From the IMG/VR virus record IMGVR_UViG_3300030329_006583, positions 186,001-250,000 of that record: 64,000 nt of DNA. One strand, 5' to 3'. Positions 1-9,560 of this stretch are shown in pieces (the stretch's first letter is position 1; each line of letters opens with the position of its first letter). Under the pieces are notes generated by a model. It was given only the letters and a program-made list of their open reading frames with translations. It was not told where the DNA came from and ran no database searches. A program made the translations under genes and the position numbers.

Positions 1-92
1 TCCCTGCTATAGGAGCTGTCAAACTCAGTTCCATCATCAAAGGTGCCACGATAGTGCACCGTAACCTTAGTACCATTTTCAATGTTGCTCAT
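1..92 (-). CDS. FKBP-type peptidyl-prolyl cis-trans isomerase, N-terminal part (runs off the window)
   Basis: Manual translation MSNIENGTKVTVHYRGTFDDGTEFDSSYSR has the FKBP pattern V.VHY.G...DG..FDSS; AAGGA upstream. Confidence 0.85.
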   Translation of the reverse strand, partial: MSNIENGTKVTVHYRGTFDDGTEFDSSYSR

Positions 93-147
93 TATTATCC
101 TTTGTTTTAAACGATAGGGTGCCCACCGTGCCCGCACCCCCTAGGGG

Positions 148-633
148 CTATTGTACCGTAAAAGTCAGAGTACCTCTGCCAACTTTTACTTGGGCTTCCC
201 AGCCACTAAAGGCAGCTGAATATTTGTTTTCGTGTTCTAGAACATCACTGGCCAATGCATCCACTTGCGTGGTAAGCGTGGTAAAGCCGCGCTTGTGATC
301 GTACCTCTCCGTGGATTCATCAATCATTTCCAGATCATAAAAATTATCACGCAATTGTTCTTGCACATATGTTTCGAAATCCCCATCACGCGCGTAATCA
401 TTTAATAGATCGTGATCCCGTAATTGCCCCAGAGGATCCCCGACATACGGCATCTGGAGTGGCAGTTGGCGTGTAATTACGTGTGCCAATCGCTCCACCA
501 CGTCAGTTTCTTCCAAAGCGGTTTCTACATGAGTTTCATTAAAATGAAAAACATCTGTCCCTTGCTCGTACACAAAGGTAATACGTGTAGTTTCATCTAA
601 TTTTGCGTTACTAAGATTCTTCAACAAACTCAT
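148..633 (-). CDS. hypothetical protein
   Basis: 161-aa ORF with GGAG SD; no recognised motif. Confidence 0.7.
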   Translation of the reverse strand: MSLLKNLSNAKLDETTRITFVYEQGTDVFHFNETHVETALEETDVVERLAHVITRQLPLQMPYVGDPLGQLRDHDLLNDYARDGDFETYVQEQLRDNFYDLEMIDESTERYDHKRGFTTLTTQVDALASDVLEHENKYSAAFSGWEAQVKVGRGTLTFTVQ

Positions 634-664
634 TACCGGCTCCTTTGTCCCTGGTTAAAATAAA

Positions 665-704
665 TAAGGCACCTGTTACCCCGTGCCTCCCTGCGGGTAT
701 GTCA
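665..704 (-). repeat. 40-nt repeated 3'-UTR element, copy 1 (hairpin or pseudoknot followed by a U-rich tract)
   Basis: 35/40 identical to 27786-27825; begins 1 nt after the stop of 706-909; AGGCAC/GTGCCT inverted repeat. Confidence 0.75.
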
Positions 705-705
705 A

Positions 706-909
706 TTACTTCTTCTGTACGAAATCATACAACTTATCAGCGACGATTAGAACATCTTCTGTTGCATAGGGATTAATAGGATTTCTCTGTCCCTCAGGCT
801 TCAAATGCTCATTCTCGCACTGACGGCTTTGACGATCTTGTAAGATACCAATTGCCATACCTAACAGTTCACTACGGAGTTCATACCCGCTTTTCTTTGA
901 ATCACTCAT
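706..909 (-). CDS. small hypothetical phage protein
   Basis: 67 aa; AGGAG SD; YELR.ELL.MA...A.KLY.FV pattern like small phage proteins. Confidence 0.75.
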   Translation of the reverse strand: MSDSKKSGYELRSELLGMAIGILQDRQSRQCENEHLKPEGQRNPINPYATEDVLIVADKLYDFVQKK

Positions 910-1001
910 TTTACTCTCCTTGTGTGTGTGTGTTCAACTGTTCCTCGGAACAATTCAAGAATATATCAATTGCGTTACATTGTATAACACAGAAAATAAA
1001 A

Positions 1002-1027
1002 AAGCCCGGTCAAATTTGACCGGGCTT
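1002..1027 (-). terminator. Rho-independent terminator
   Basis: Perfect 12-bp inverted repeat AAGCCCGGTCAA/TTGACCGGGCTT, then a U-rich tract on the minus strand, downstream of 1057-1257. Confidence 0.85.
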
Positions 1028-1056
1028 GATATGAGTATTCAATACCCTTGAAAGAC

Positions 1057-1257
1057 CTAGAGATTCTCGTTAAGGAAGCTCTGCAGCGCTTGCGCTTCAC
1101 GGCAGGTCAGGGTCAGGCTGGACTGACCCACACTGTACTGGCCACCCTGGGGCTGGGTTGCAATGGTAACCACATTGCTACCGGCACGCTTGGCGGTGTC
1201 ATTGCGGTTGATGGTGTAGTTGAAACGCTTGGTTGACTTTGTCTTTGAATAATTCAT
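1057..1257 (-). CDS. hypothetical protein
   Basis: 66 aa, AAGGAG SD, followed by a terminator. Confidence 0.7.
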   Translation of the reverse strand: MNYSKTKSTKRFNYTINRNDTAKRAGSNVVTIATQPQGGQYSVGQSSLTLTCREAQALQSFLNENL

Positions 1258-1364
1258 ATGGAATTGTCTCCTTAAGGTTGTTGCGGGATAGTTAAATGCC
1301 CGTTAAGTTGAAACAATATTACCCTGAGTGACCGGGGTGTATAAAACGTACAAGATTAAATTAT

Positions 1365-3149
1365 TTAATCCTTGGAGATTGTCACGTAACCGCCGTAGAT
1401 TATCTGTGAGGTGGCGGTGTTTCCCACCTTGACCACCAACATGTTGGTGGTGGATGACGACACGTCAGTGATATCAATCTCAGCGCTGCAGTCGCCCGTT
1501 CCTTTTACCTGCTCAGCGGTACCGTCAATGAATGCTTCGTATACACCCACTGCCATGCTGGTGGCACTACTATAAACACGGACATGGGTGGCGGTATAAC
1601 CGGTAGGGATGGGCACATACGCATACACTTCAAGGGTGGCATGCATGACCTGGATCCCCAAGGTTGCATCATCTACGGCGAGGTTGAAATAGCCGTTGTC
1701 GTCATTAGGAACAAAATCACGGGCAATCAGCTTGATCCTCGTCTGTGATCCATGCCACCCGTTGTGGCTAGCCACAGTGACAGCTCCGCCGGCACCGGCA
1801 TCGGTGAGGGTGACGTTGTCTCCGGCGGTCAGCACCCGTTCACCAGAAAGAGTGCCGTCAGTAGCCAAGGTAACATACTGCGCGTCTGTGGGAGCGCCAG
1901 ATCCTCCCCCGGCTGTCAGGTCAGTCTCACTGACGTCATATGAACGCCAGTATATCTTACCATCGGACTTTGCGTACAGGTAACCTTGGCCGTCAGATGG
2001 TTGGGAAGGGGTGGAAGATTCTGCGGTGATGGCGATGCTTCCTGAGACATCCAGTTCAGCAATGGGGGAGGAGGTGCCGATACCGGTTTTTTCATTTCCT
2101 GCATCAACGAAAAACATGTGGGTGTTGCTATCTGACTCCACCCTAAAATCATTCGCCGCGGCACCATCTTCATTTAAAATTACCCCGTCACTATTGATTG
2201 TTATAGCCTCGCCATTTGTGCTATGGATCTTTGTCTTAAACGCTGACTCACCGTGGTTGATGTGAAAAACCTCATTACCGGCATTTAGATAAAGAGCCAA
2301 GGATTCATTGGGAGATCTCACTATAAAATCTACGTCGCCCCGGCCTTCATTGAAGCTAATCTTGTCTTGGGAATCGTCTTCAGTTATGTTGATAAAACTT
2401 ACATTGCCGGCCTTAACGGTTATGTCATCAGTTTGAAACCTAATGAAAGTGTCTGTGTCGCCGTTGTGGTAGATGTATTCATCAACGCCGATATCACCAG
2501 CTACATCTAACGCGTAATCCGGAGACGTAGTTCCAATTCCCACCTTGTTTGTACCGGCATCGGTGTGCAATATCACGTTTCCATCATCGGCCATTATTTG
2601 AACGTCGATATCGGCATTCGAGTTGTTTAACAGGATTTTAGGGCTATCATACTTGATTATTGAGTTGCCACCGGCAACGATGTTGACTGTGTCGTTTGAG
2701 GGAAAATCTAGGTATGTGTTCCCATCCCCCAGGTGTTGTAGTCTTTTGGAGATCGCAATATCCGACGTGTGAGACGAATTGTCGATTCCAACGACGAACG
2801 TTCCGGCACCCATGCTGTCAACGCCATCGGGCCCGAATCCAAAGCGCCCATCAGCTCGTGCCCTAAAGATTATGTCACCATCACCGTCTTCCATTTCTAG
2901 GACCCGGGTACCGGATCCGTTTCCGTCGGTTGTGAGTTTGAGCACGTGTCCAGCGCTAGACTCATCATTATCGATGGTGGCTACGTAGCCGCCTGAGACT
3001 GAACCGGTGACGTTCATCGTTCCGGTCACATATACCAAGCCTTGAAAATTGTGAAGATCATCGGCGGAATTGCCAAACCATGTTGAACCAGTCGATTGCA
3101 GCACGGCGGCCTGGCGTCCGTTGGTTGTATCACCTATATAAATGGGCAC
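1365..3149 (-). CDS. tail-fibre-like or virion structural protein
   Basis: 594 aa, G/D/T/S-rich beta repeats; KVGIGTTSPDYALDV and KTGIGTSSPIAELDV repeats typical of phage fibre proteins; GTG start with AGGAG. Confidence 0.65.
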   Translation of the reverse strand: MPIYIGDTTNGRQAAVLQSTGSTWFGNSADDLHNFQGLVYVTGTMNVTGSVSGGYVATIDNDESSAGHVLKLTTDGNGSGTRVLEMEDGDGDIIFRARADGRFGFGPDGVDSMGAGTFVVGIDNSSHTSDIAISKRLQHLGDGNTYLDFPSNDTVNIVAGGNSIIKYDSPKILLNNSNADIDVQIMADDGNVILHTDAGTNKVGIGTTSPDYALDVAGDIGVDEYIYHNGDTDTFIRFQTDDITVKAGNVSFINITEDDSQDKISFNEGRGDVDFIVRSPNESLALYLNAGNEVFHINHGESAFKTKIHSTNGEAITINSDGVILNEDGAAANDFRVESDSNTHMFFVDAGNEKTGIGTSSPIAELDVSGSIAITAESSTPSQPSDGQGYLYAKSDGKIYWRSYDVSETDLTAGGGSGAPTDAQYVTLATDGTLSGERVLTAGDNVTLTDAGAGGAVTVASHNGWHGSQTRIKLIARDFVPNDDNGYFNLAVDDATLGIQVMHATLEVYAYVPIPTGYTATHVRVYSSATSMAVGVYEAFIDGTAEQVKGTGDCSAEIDITDVSSSTTNMLVVKVGNTATSQIIYGGYVTISKD

Positions 3150-3230
3150 GTAACTCTCCTGTGAATGGCATGGCGGGTCTGACCATGATATAATAGGTAT
3201 GGCGATGGGGCAACAAAACCCCCACCAATC

Positions 3231-3386
3231 TCAGCGCCCTTTAAAGGCAGTGAGGTAAAGCACGCATGCTGCCGTGATCATGACGCAAGTGAGGGCGGCA
3301 TCGTCATGATTTTGGGCCATGAATGCTAACACACCACATGCGCCAATCAAACCGGCAATCAGGAGTTTTGCGATTACTCTAGCCAT
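3231..3386 (-). CDS. small membrane protein
   Basis: MARVIAKLLIAGLIGACGVLAF... with two hydrophobic segments; start re-assigned within ORF 3231-3599. Confidence 0.55.
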   Translation of the reverse strand: MARVIAKLLIAGLIGACGVLAFMAQNHDDAALTCVMITAACVLYLTAFKGR

Positions 3387-3619
3387 TCGGGGGGGATCGG
3401 GCGACACATGCAGACATCGGTTCGATCCGGACAAGTGAGAGTACGGAACTCGGCGGGAACGCAGTGTTCCAGGATGGTTCGGTTGGCCTCTAACAACTCG
3501 GGGGGTGGGGGAGGTTGGTGCCACTGGGACACGGTGCTGCGGGCTACTGTGTAACCCCCTATGGCGCCTAGCCCCAAGGCCAGACCGACGACAATCCAAT
3601 TTCTTAACGTATCATTCAT
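3374..3619 (-). CDS. membrane-anchored Cys/Pro-rich hypothetical protein
   Basis: MNDTLRNWIVVGLALGLGAIGG TM segment, poly-Pro and four Cys; start re-assigned. Confidence 0.55.
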   Translation of the reverse strand: MNDTLRNWIVVGLALGLGAIGGYTVARSTVSQWHQPPPPPELLEANRTILEHCVPAEFRTLTCPDRTDVCMCRPIPPEWLE

Positions 3620-3875
3620 ATCAAAAAAATAACGGGTTGTGTGGGATTCGTATACCGCTTTTTTCTCCGGAGGGTGGATTGGAGGAGGGGACAGCGGGCT
3701 GTCGCCCACGCCATACACCATGGAAGGTAAAGCCAACCCCCAAAATCTCACGTGAAAAAAGCCCCTTCGGGGCTAAAGCAACTTCATCGCCAAAAAAAGA
3801 AGAAGAATCAAGCCAACATTAAAAGCCAAAACCTTAACCATAAAATCAAAAGAATCAATGCGTGCCATTAACCAT

Positions 3876-4430
3876 TTAAGCCATTTCACTAATTACCTCC
3901 TCAATAATCCCAATGAATAGTTGAGGATCCTTCGCCAACGATTCCAACCTGTGATCATCCTGTACCAACCGACACTTTCCATAAGAATCCTGTGCGGCAT
4001 TCAAACTATTTGTCAAAGGAATAACATCATCATAATATCCGTGAACCCACATCAACGGCATGCCGGGTGCAACGGTAACTTTATTAATGCCAAACAGTAG
4101 TTTAGCGGCTGACGCCAAAAATATGCATGGGCCTGACCAATTTCCTTCTACAATCATACGAGCCAATATGGCGCCGCCCATTGAAGAACCAATTATAATA
4201 TCCGGTTTAAATTCTAGAATTGCCTCTCTCGCCTGAGATAGCGGGAGACGAGCAGCTTTCAATATTTCCCCCTTAACCACTGAAGACCAGCTGTCGTTTT
4301 CATTCTTCTTAAGAGCCCTAAGCTCCGTGGTGTCAAGCGCGGGAACATATGCATTATAATGATGCTTAAGAAACGTAGCCTTCGCACCATTAGGGTTACC
4401 TTCCAAACCGTGAAAAAATAGAATTCGCAA
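3876..4430 (-). CDS. alpha/beta hydrolase (YqiA-like esterase)
   Basis: FFHGLEG, nucleophile elbow GSSMGG, Asp (DDVIP) and His (DDHRL). Confidence 0.8.
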   Translation of the reverse strand: MRILFFHGLEGNPNGAKATFLKHHYNAYVPALDTTELRALKKNENDSWSSVVKGEILKAARLPLSQAREAILEFKPDIIIGSSMGGAILARMIVEGNWSGPCIFLASAAKLLFGINKVTVAPGMPLMWVHGYYDDVIPLTNSLNAAQDSYGKCRLVQDDHRLESLAKDPQLFIGIIEEVISEMA

Positions 4431-4464
4431 GTATCTTTACCTCCTGGATGGTATTCTAAAAATA

Positions 4465-4550
4465 TGGTACCGGAGACGGGACTCGAACCCGTAAGCCTTA
4501 AAGGCGACAGATTTTAAGTCTGTTGTGTATGCCAATTCCACCACTCCGGC
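4465..4550 (-). tRNA. tRNA-Leu(TAA)
   Basis: GCCGGAG acceptor, GGTTCGAGTCC T-arm, ACAGA-CTTAAAA-TCTGT anticodon arm, long variable arm, encoded CCA. Confidence 0.95.
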
Positions 4551-4585
4551 ATTTTAACGTTTCCTCTTTCCTCCTTACGTTACTA

Positions 4586-4614
4586 ATAATACCACAAAGA
4601 AAAGATATTTACAC
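4586..4614 (-). promoter_or_regulatory. recurring promoter motif
   Basis: GTGTAAA-N16-TATTAT upstream of tRNA-Leu. Confidence 0.6.
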
Positions 4615-4705
4615 GAGAATTAATTCTAAAAGGGGGAAAAGTTTATATTTATATTTGTGACAACCTCACAACCGTACTTTTAAAACACAGGACTAGTTTA
4701 AAGAT

Positions 4706-5113
4706 GTGATGACAACACTGACCATAATAACCTACATTTTTCTCCTTCATTGGTTGGCGGATTATATTTGTCAACCATATTGGATGAAGGTGCAAAAAGT
4801 TAAAAGCCTTCCTATTTTATGTCTTCACGTTATCATATATTCCGGCACCATGTTTTTAGGATTATTGCCACTAGCCCACATTGGAACTATAGCTACTTAC
4901 ATCGGAATTAATGCTGGGCTTCACTTAAGTGTAGATCTTATCACTAGCCGAATCATATCAAGCAATACAACGGAAATTAAATTTGTCAATAAAGATGAAA
5001 AAAAACCTTTTTATGAACGCATCAACATATATACGCCCATTGCATTCTTGGGGTTTGATCAATTGCTGCACCAAGCATGTCTCTTGTTGACCCTATCATA
5101 CCTAGGTTTTTAA
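4706..5113 (+). CDS. DUF3307-like membrane protein
   Basis: HWLADY..Q, HV.IY, H..VD and DQLLH motifs with several TM segments. Confidence 0.7.
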   Translation: MMTTLTIITYIFLLHWLADYICQPYWMKVQKVKSLPILCLHVIIYSGTMFLGLLPLAHIGTIATYIGINAGLHLSVDLITSRIISSNTTEIKFVNKDEKKPFYERINIYTPIAFLGFDQLLHQACLLLTLSYLGF

Positions 5114-5464
5114 TTATTTCCAAAAGATCTGCACCCACATAATTACCAATGAGAGCGCAATACATATCATGGTCTTGGTGGTAAGCATAGACTCATTTAA
5201 CAACCACCACGTCATAAAAGGAAAGATCAAATAGCTGGTACCAAACCCAATAAACCTTACACCCCACGCACTATCCTGTAACGCTGTATACCCAAAACGG
5301 GCAGCCCAATATCCACACATCGATATTGGCAACGCTAACGCCAATGTTATCATCAAAGAGCGATCTTGCCATGCTTTATTAATAAATTGCAAATTTGTTG
5401 CTAGCCATACAAACACATGCAAGACCACAAATAAACCGACTGAATATATGAGGTTAAGTGACAA
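5114..5464 (-). CDS. small 4-TM membrane protein
   Basis: Hydrophobic 116-aa ORF. Confidence 0.65.
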   Translation of the reverse strand: MSLNLIYSVGLFVVLHVFVWLATNLQFINKAWQDRSLMITLALALPISMCGYWAARFGYTALQDSAWGVRFIGFGTSYLIFPFMTWWLLNESMLTTKTMICIALSLVIMWVQIFWK

Positions 5465-5612
5465 ATTGATACCTAAAATATCATACTAGTAATAACGTAT
5501 AAACCAGAAACCATGGCGGCTGTAGCCATTACCAAGCCTAACACCTGGCCTAAAAAGAAAGCGGCAATGCAATTAAAAATTAATTTCAACAATCCTCCCT
5601 CCTGACTAGTGT

Positions 5613-5641
5613 ATTATACCATATGCAACTGGCTTTTGCAC
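5613..5641 (-). promoter_or_regulatory. recurring promoter motif
   Basis: GTGCAAA-N16-TATAAT with TGG just before the -10. Confidence 0.65.
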
Positions 5642-5642
5642 G

Positions 5643-6068
5643 CTAGCGACTAAAGATACCTCGTAACCCCTTGAGGGCACCCACTTTACCTTCTCCTCCC
5701 TCCCATTCATACCCACCTTGGTACCCCAATACAAGATACTGTTGTTGCTTGTCGGGGTCCATGGTTCTCATTGCAGCCTCTATGGAACGTGACATTAATC
5801 CCACTTTCCCTAAAGTATGTACTAGCGGTTGAATTTCAAGTGCTGTAATGGGCCAAGAATTATCTACCGCAAAATTTTCCAAAGCCTTCATCACATCCAC
5901 TATGGCCGTACGTTTCTCATCATCCATTGTGTCAGTTTCAAAAAGGCGGGGGCGCGGGGCGGGAGAATTCTCCCCTCTAGAGGTTGGGGGAATACGTTGA
6001 TCTCGGCGAGCAATCATTCGATTAGCTTCCTGTTGGGGGTTTTTCTTTTTCATCTTATCTGTTCCCAT
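5643..6068 (-). CDS. hypothetical protein
   Basis: 141-aa ORF in a minus-strand run. Confidence 0.6.
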   Translation of the reverse strand: MGTDKMKKKNPQQEANRMIARRDQRIPPTSRGENSPAPRPRLFETDTMDDEKRTAIVDVMKALENFAVDNSWPITALEIQPLVHTLGKVGLMSRSIEAAMRTMDPDKQQQYLVLGYQGGYEWEGGEGKVGALKGLRGIFSR

Positions 6069-6228
6069 TAAATACCGATCTTAATTATCCTTAATGATCT
6101 TTGGTTTACCTTCTTTCACCACAATATTGTAGCGATAATTCATGCTTCTAGAAATTTCCTCTAGAGTGCGAAAACAGCCCAAGCAATGATCTTCTTCATA
6201 ATCATATACGCAATAACCGGTACAAGGG

Positions 6229-6432
6229 CTATTTTTTTTGTTTTGTTCCTTTGTCATCTAATACATCGTATACGCTAGTACGCCCATACAATTGTTCCAC
6301 TTTTTGTTGGCGCATAAAATCAAGGTAGGCATGCATATCTTCCATAAGCTTTTTTTGCTCCCGAACATGTCTACGATGAATGTGCAAAAAGACAATGGAA
6401 ATAAACCCAGCTGCAAGAAAAACATATATCAT
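6229..6432 (-). CDS. small membrane-anchored protein
   Basis: MIYVFLAAGFISIVFL...; TAATG overlap with the upstream gene. Confidence 0.6.
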   Translation of the reverse strand: MIYVFLAAGFISIVFLHIHRRHVREQKKLMEDMHAYLDFMRQQKVEQLYGRTSVYDVLDDKGTKQKK

Positions 6433-6749
6433 TATATCTTCCATATGTGAATTGCATCCATATGTATTCCCAATACCCACCCATATACAATTGCCACTCC
6501 AAAAGCAGCCCACTGAACCCACCTACGGTGGCGGTTAACCCACAAACCCAAGGAAGCTATGTATACCACAAAAACTTTTATAAACCAAAATAACAAAGGT
6601 GAATATGATATCAAGAAGGCCATTAAGGGATTTGCTTCATAAGCAATGCCGTTAAAAACCCAATGTAGGGTCAGCGATGCATCCAACATATTTGTAACAA
6701 AAATAAAACACAAAACATATTTTAAAAATTGTTCGCCAACTTTCATCAC
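6432..6749 (-). CDS. DUF5658-like membrane protein
   Basis: LDASLT...G.AYEANPLM motif with TM segments. Confidence 0.65.
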   Translation of the reverse strand: MMKVGEQFLKYVLCFIFVTNMLDASLTLHWVFNGIAYEANPLMAFLISYSPLLFWFIKVFVVYIASLGLWVNRHRRWVQWAAFGVAIVYGWVLGIHMDAIHIWKI

Positions 6750-6776
6750 AACCCGATTGCTGAAATACCTTCCTAT

Positions 6777-6995
6777 CTATAGATATTCTGCAACACCGTT
6801 TTCTAACGTATCATAATGAAGCCTCCACCGAATACAGGGATCCATATCTGACGCCATCACATAGGTATCAACATCTGTTTCCACAATAATTCCGCGGATT
6901 GTGCCTTCACGACGGTGGTTATATTTTATTTTTTTCCCAATTAATTCTGGACGACGCTCTTTTCTGGATTTGGCATATACGCTTTTTTTTATCAT
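6777..6995 (-). CDS. hypothetical protein
   Basis: 72-aa ORF in the run. Confidence 0.6.
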   Translation of the reverse strand: MIKKSVYAKSRKERRPELIGKKIKYNHRREGTIRGIIVETDVDTYVMASDMDPCIRWRLHYDTLENGVAEYL

Positions 6996-6998
6996 GAA

Positions 6999-7238
6999 TT
7001 ACTTAAGCACCTGTTTATTATCCTGAACTACAAAATGTTTTTCCAACATTGCCAACCCATCTTCGGCTTCTGCCAACTTTTTATTCCAGGCTTTCATTTC
7101 TTGCAGCACATTCGAATGATCGGCCACACCTACCGGATTTGTGAGATAAAGTTTAAGAACAGCCAAAGCTTCTGCTTTTTCACCCTCATAATGAGCAACC
7201 AAGGCCTCGTAAAAATTAAAACCTACGTTTACTGACAT
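6999..7238 (-). CDS. hypothetical phage protein
   Basis: 79 aa; GGAG SD; NPVGVADH motif. Confidence 0.7.
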   Translation of the reverse strand: MSVNVGFNFYEALVAHYEGEKAEALAVLKLYLTNPVGVADHSNVLQEMKAWNKKLAEAEDGLAMLEKHFVVQDNKQVLK

Positions 7239-7280
7239 TTATACACTCCATATATGTGTTTATATAAAATATTATCTTGT

Positions 7281-7532
7281 TTATAACTGTATAACAATAA
7301 TGCGACTACCGTGTGAAAGCTCTTTATTAACATCAGTGTCCGTCAAGGTAGAGAAGTGCCCATCTTCAAACATTCGATACCTATAATATTGCAAATCATT
7401 ACGACACAGGGATTCACCTTCATAACACTCCTCCACCCCTATGCATAGAGCCAATGTGCCATTATTCCTTTGCAACCCATATCCATCCAACATTAAAGGC
7501 CCCTTATTTCTCATTACATCCTCCAAAAACAT
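7281..7532 (-). CDS. hypothetical protein
   Basis: 83-aa ORF downstream of a promoter motif. Confidence 0.55.
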   Translation of the reverse strand: MFLEDVMRNKGPLMLDGYGLQRNNGTLALCIGVEECYEGESLCRNDLQYYRYRMFEDGHFSTLTDTDVNKELSHGSRIIVIQL

Positions 7533-7543
7533 TGATATATTTT

Positions 7544-7572
7544 ATTATACTAACGCCACTCAAAATTTACAT
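7544..7572 (-). promoter_or_regulatory. recurring promoter motif
   Basis: ATGTAAA-N16-TATAAT. Confidence 0.6.
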
Positions 7573-7621
7573 TTAGTTTATATTTCCAAATACTAATCCC
7601 CTATTTATTGGCGAGGGAACA

Positions 7622-8431
7622 ATGACAAATTTAATACGAAAATATGTACGGCACCTTTTAAATGAAATTACCCAATTACCAAAAGAGTATTTTACCACCA
7701 TTGATAATGCTATAGCGGACTCCAAATTTTGGACGCTGCCTAATCACGAAGAAGATATTGATGAGCATGGTCTCCAAAACCAAACCCCCGCAGCGGCAAA
7801 ACTCCAGGAAGCCTTGAGTGCTGTGCTCACCAATATTGGATTAAATATGGATGTCATGATAGATAGTTACCCTGCACTGGAGGGAGCCTATCTTACCCCA
7901 AATCATCCTGCATATCCGGATAGATGGTTAATAGATGCCCGTTGGTATGTCTCTCAAACAACAGGTAAAAATACGTTAGATTTAATGATCATGACATTAG
8001 GTGAAGATTTTGATATTAATGATTTAAATCCCAAAGCATTGGTTCGCAATATTGCACAAACCATTCGCCATGAATTAGTGCATTATTCTCAAATGAAAAA
8101 ACAGAAAACCAACAAACAATTAAAAACAGATCGAGAAGCGTTTGAAGCAATGTTGGTAGATCCTAAACAAATTCCTGCCACCGATAATATTGTTGATTAT
8201 CTACGTTCCCATATTGAAATCGATGCACATGCTCATGATGCAGCTGAAGAGTTGTTAGCTGTTTATGGTGAAAAAGGGGCAGAGGATTTGTTGAGAGGTA
8301 AAATCAACCTAGGCGATCCCAAATTACCCAATGCCATTGAACATTATTATACGTACTTACCTAAAAATGATCCCACCTTAAAGCTATTTAGGAAAAAAAT
8401 GTATCAATACATCCAATCTTTCACTGCGTAG
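7622..8431 (+). CDS. HExxH metallopeptidase-like protein with a type-B leader
   Basis: N-terminal LIRKYVRHLLNE; IRHELVH plus downstream EIDA. Confidence 0.6.
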   Translation: MTNLIRKYVRHLLNEITQLPKEYFTTIDNAIADSKFWTLPNHEEDIDEHGLQNQTPAAAKLQEALSAVLTNIGLNMDVMIDSYPALEGAYLTPNHPAYPDRWLIDARWYVSQTTGKNTLDLMIMTLGEDFDINDLNPKALVRNIAQTIRHELVHYSQMKKQKTNKQLKTDREAFEAMLVDPKQIPATDNIVDYLRSHIEIDAHAHDAAEELLAVYGEKGAEDLLRGKINLGDPKLPNAIEHYYTYLPKNDPTLKLFRKKMYQYIQSFTA

Positions 8432-8648
8432 GTTGGGCCTCTAGTAACCTCTTTATTGATATAACACAATCCCTATAAAGAACATTAATGCTGTCTTCGC
8501 CCTGAAGCTTGTTTAAATGAGGTTTCCAGGCCATATCAATTTCATTTCCATTCACTACAATTGTTTCAATATCACCTTTTTTACGCAGCGCCAATTTATT
8601 TCCTTTAAATTGCTTGCGCAGTGCCGGCATAAAAGCCTTATATTTCAC
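8421..8648 (-). CDS. hypothetical protein
   Basis: 75-aa ORF overlapping the end of cysK. Confidence 0.55.
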   Translation of the reverse strand: MKYKAFMPALRKQFKGNKLALRKKGDIETIVVNGNEIDMAWKPHLNKLQGEDSINVLYRDCVISIKRLLEAQPTQ

Positions 8649-9549
8649 TGTTCATCTCCTTGGAAAAGATGTCCAGGTATCTTTCACCCCGATCGCAAAG
8701 AATAGTTACCACCACGCCACCCAACCTAGTTTTGTCAACCCACCTCTCCGCCGCCAAAACATTGGCGCCTGAACTAATTCCCACAAATAACCCATTCTCT
8801 TTGGCTAATCTTAAAGCCCGTTGTTTGGCATCTTGGGTAGATATTTTAATCTCTTCGTGCACAGCTGGGCGATATACTAAAAAATCGGCACCATCATTAA
8901 TCCCCTGTATGCCATGTTCCTTTGCATCCTCCTCGGGGGTAACCAACACCACTTTGGTTTCCATATCATTTGCATCTAGGTAATTTGAAATACCCATGAC
9001 AGTACCCCCGGTACCTGAACCTGCGATAAAGGCATCCCAATAATCAGGTATTTGCCTATCAATCTCTTGCGCTAAATAGGTTTGATGACACAAAATATTG
9101 TTTTCATTTTCAAATTGTCTAGGGGACCAATAATCATCATGTGCCAATAGCAAACCTTCCCGAATTAGAATCGCCGCTTCAAAATCACTAGCCCCCACTT
9201 CAATAATTTCCGCGCCGAAAGTACGCATCATCTGCTTGCGCTCGGCCGACATATTTTCTGGCATTATAATTTTTACCTTATAACCCAGTGCGGTGCCAAT
9301 AGCCGCCAAAGCAATACCTGTATTACCGGAACTGGCCTCTATCAATGTGGCATTATCAGGAATCTCATTATTCTCAAGTGCCTTTCTTAGCATAAAACTA
9401 ATAATTCTATCCTTAATAGAACCGGTAAGATTAAACGTCTCCAATTTTGCCCAGACTTTTTCATTAATCTTTACCAGTGGAGTATTACCTATCATTTTAT
9501 CAATTTCATCAAGCAACAATAGTTTTAAACGATTATCTTCTAACAACAT
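8638..9549 (-). CDS. cysK: PLP-dependent cysteine synthase (CysK/CysM family)
   Basis: IGNTPLV, N.TGSIKDR (PLP Lys), EASSGNTG, GSGTGGT, GISSGAN, DRGERY. Confidence 0.9.
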   Translation of the reverse strand: MLLEDNRLKLLLLDEIDKMIGNTPLVKINEKVWAKLETFNLTGSIKDRIISFMLRKALENNEIPDNATLIEASSGNTGIALAAIGTALGYKVKIIMPENMSAERKQMMRTFGAEIIEVGASDFEAAILIREGLLLAHDDYWSPRQFENENNILCHQTYLAQEIDRQIPDYWDAFIAGSGTGGTVMGISNYLDANDMETKVVLVTPEEDAKEHGIQGINDGADFLVYRPAVHEEIKISTQDAKQRALRLAKENGLFVGISSGANVLAAERWVDKTRLGGVVVTILCDRGERYLDIFSKEMNSEI

Positions 9550-9560
9550 ACAAAATTACC

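Noticed and set aside
665-708. Stop-codon read-through signal at the repeated post-stop element
   Set aside because: In-frame stops follow within 3 codons in copy 2 and 10 codons in copy 1, so no meaningful extension is gained.
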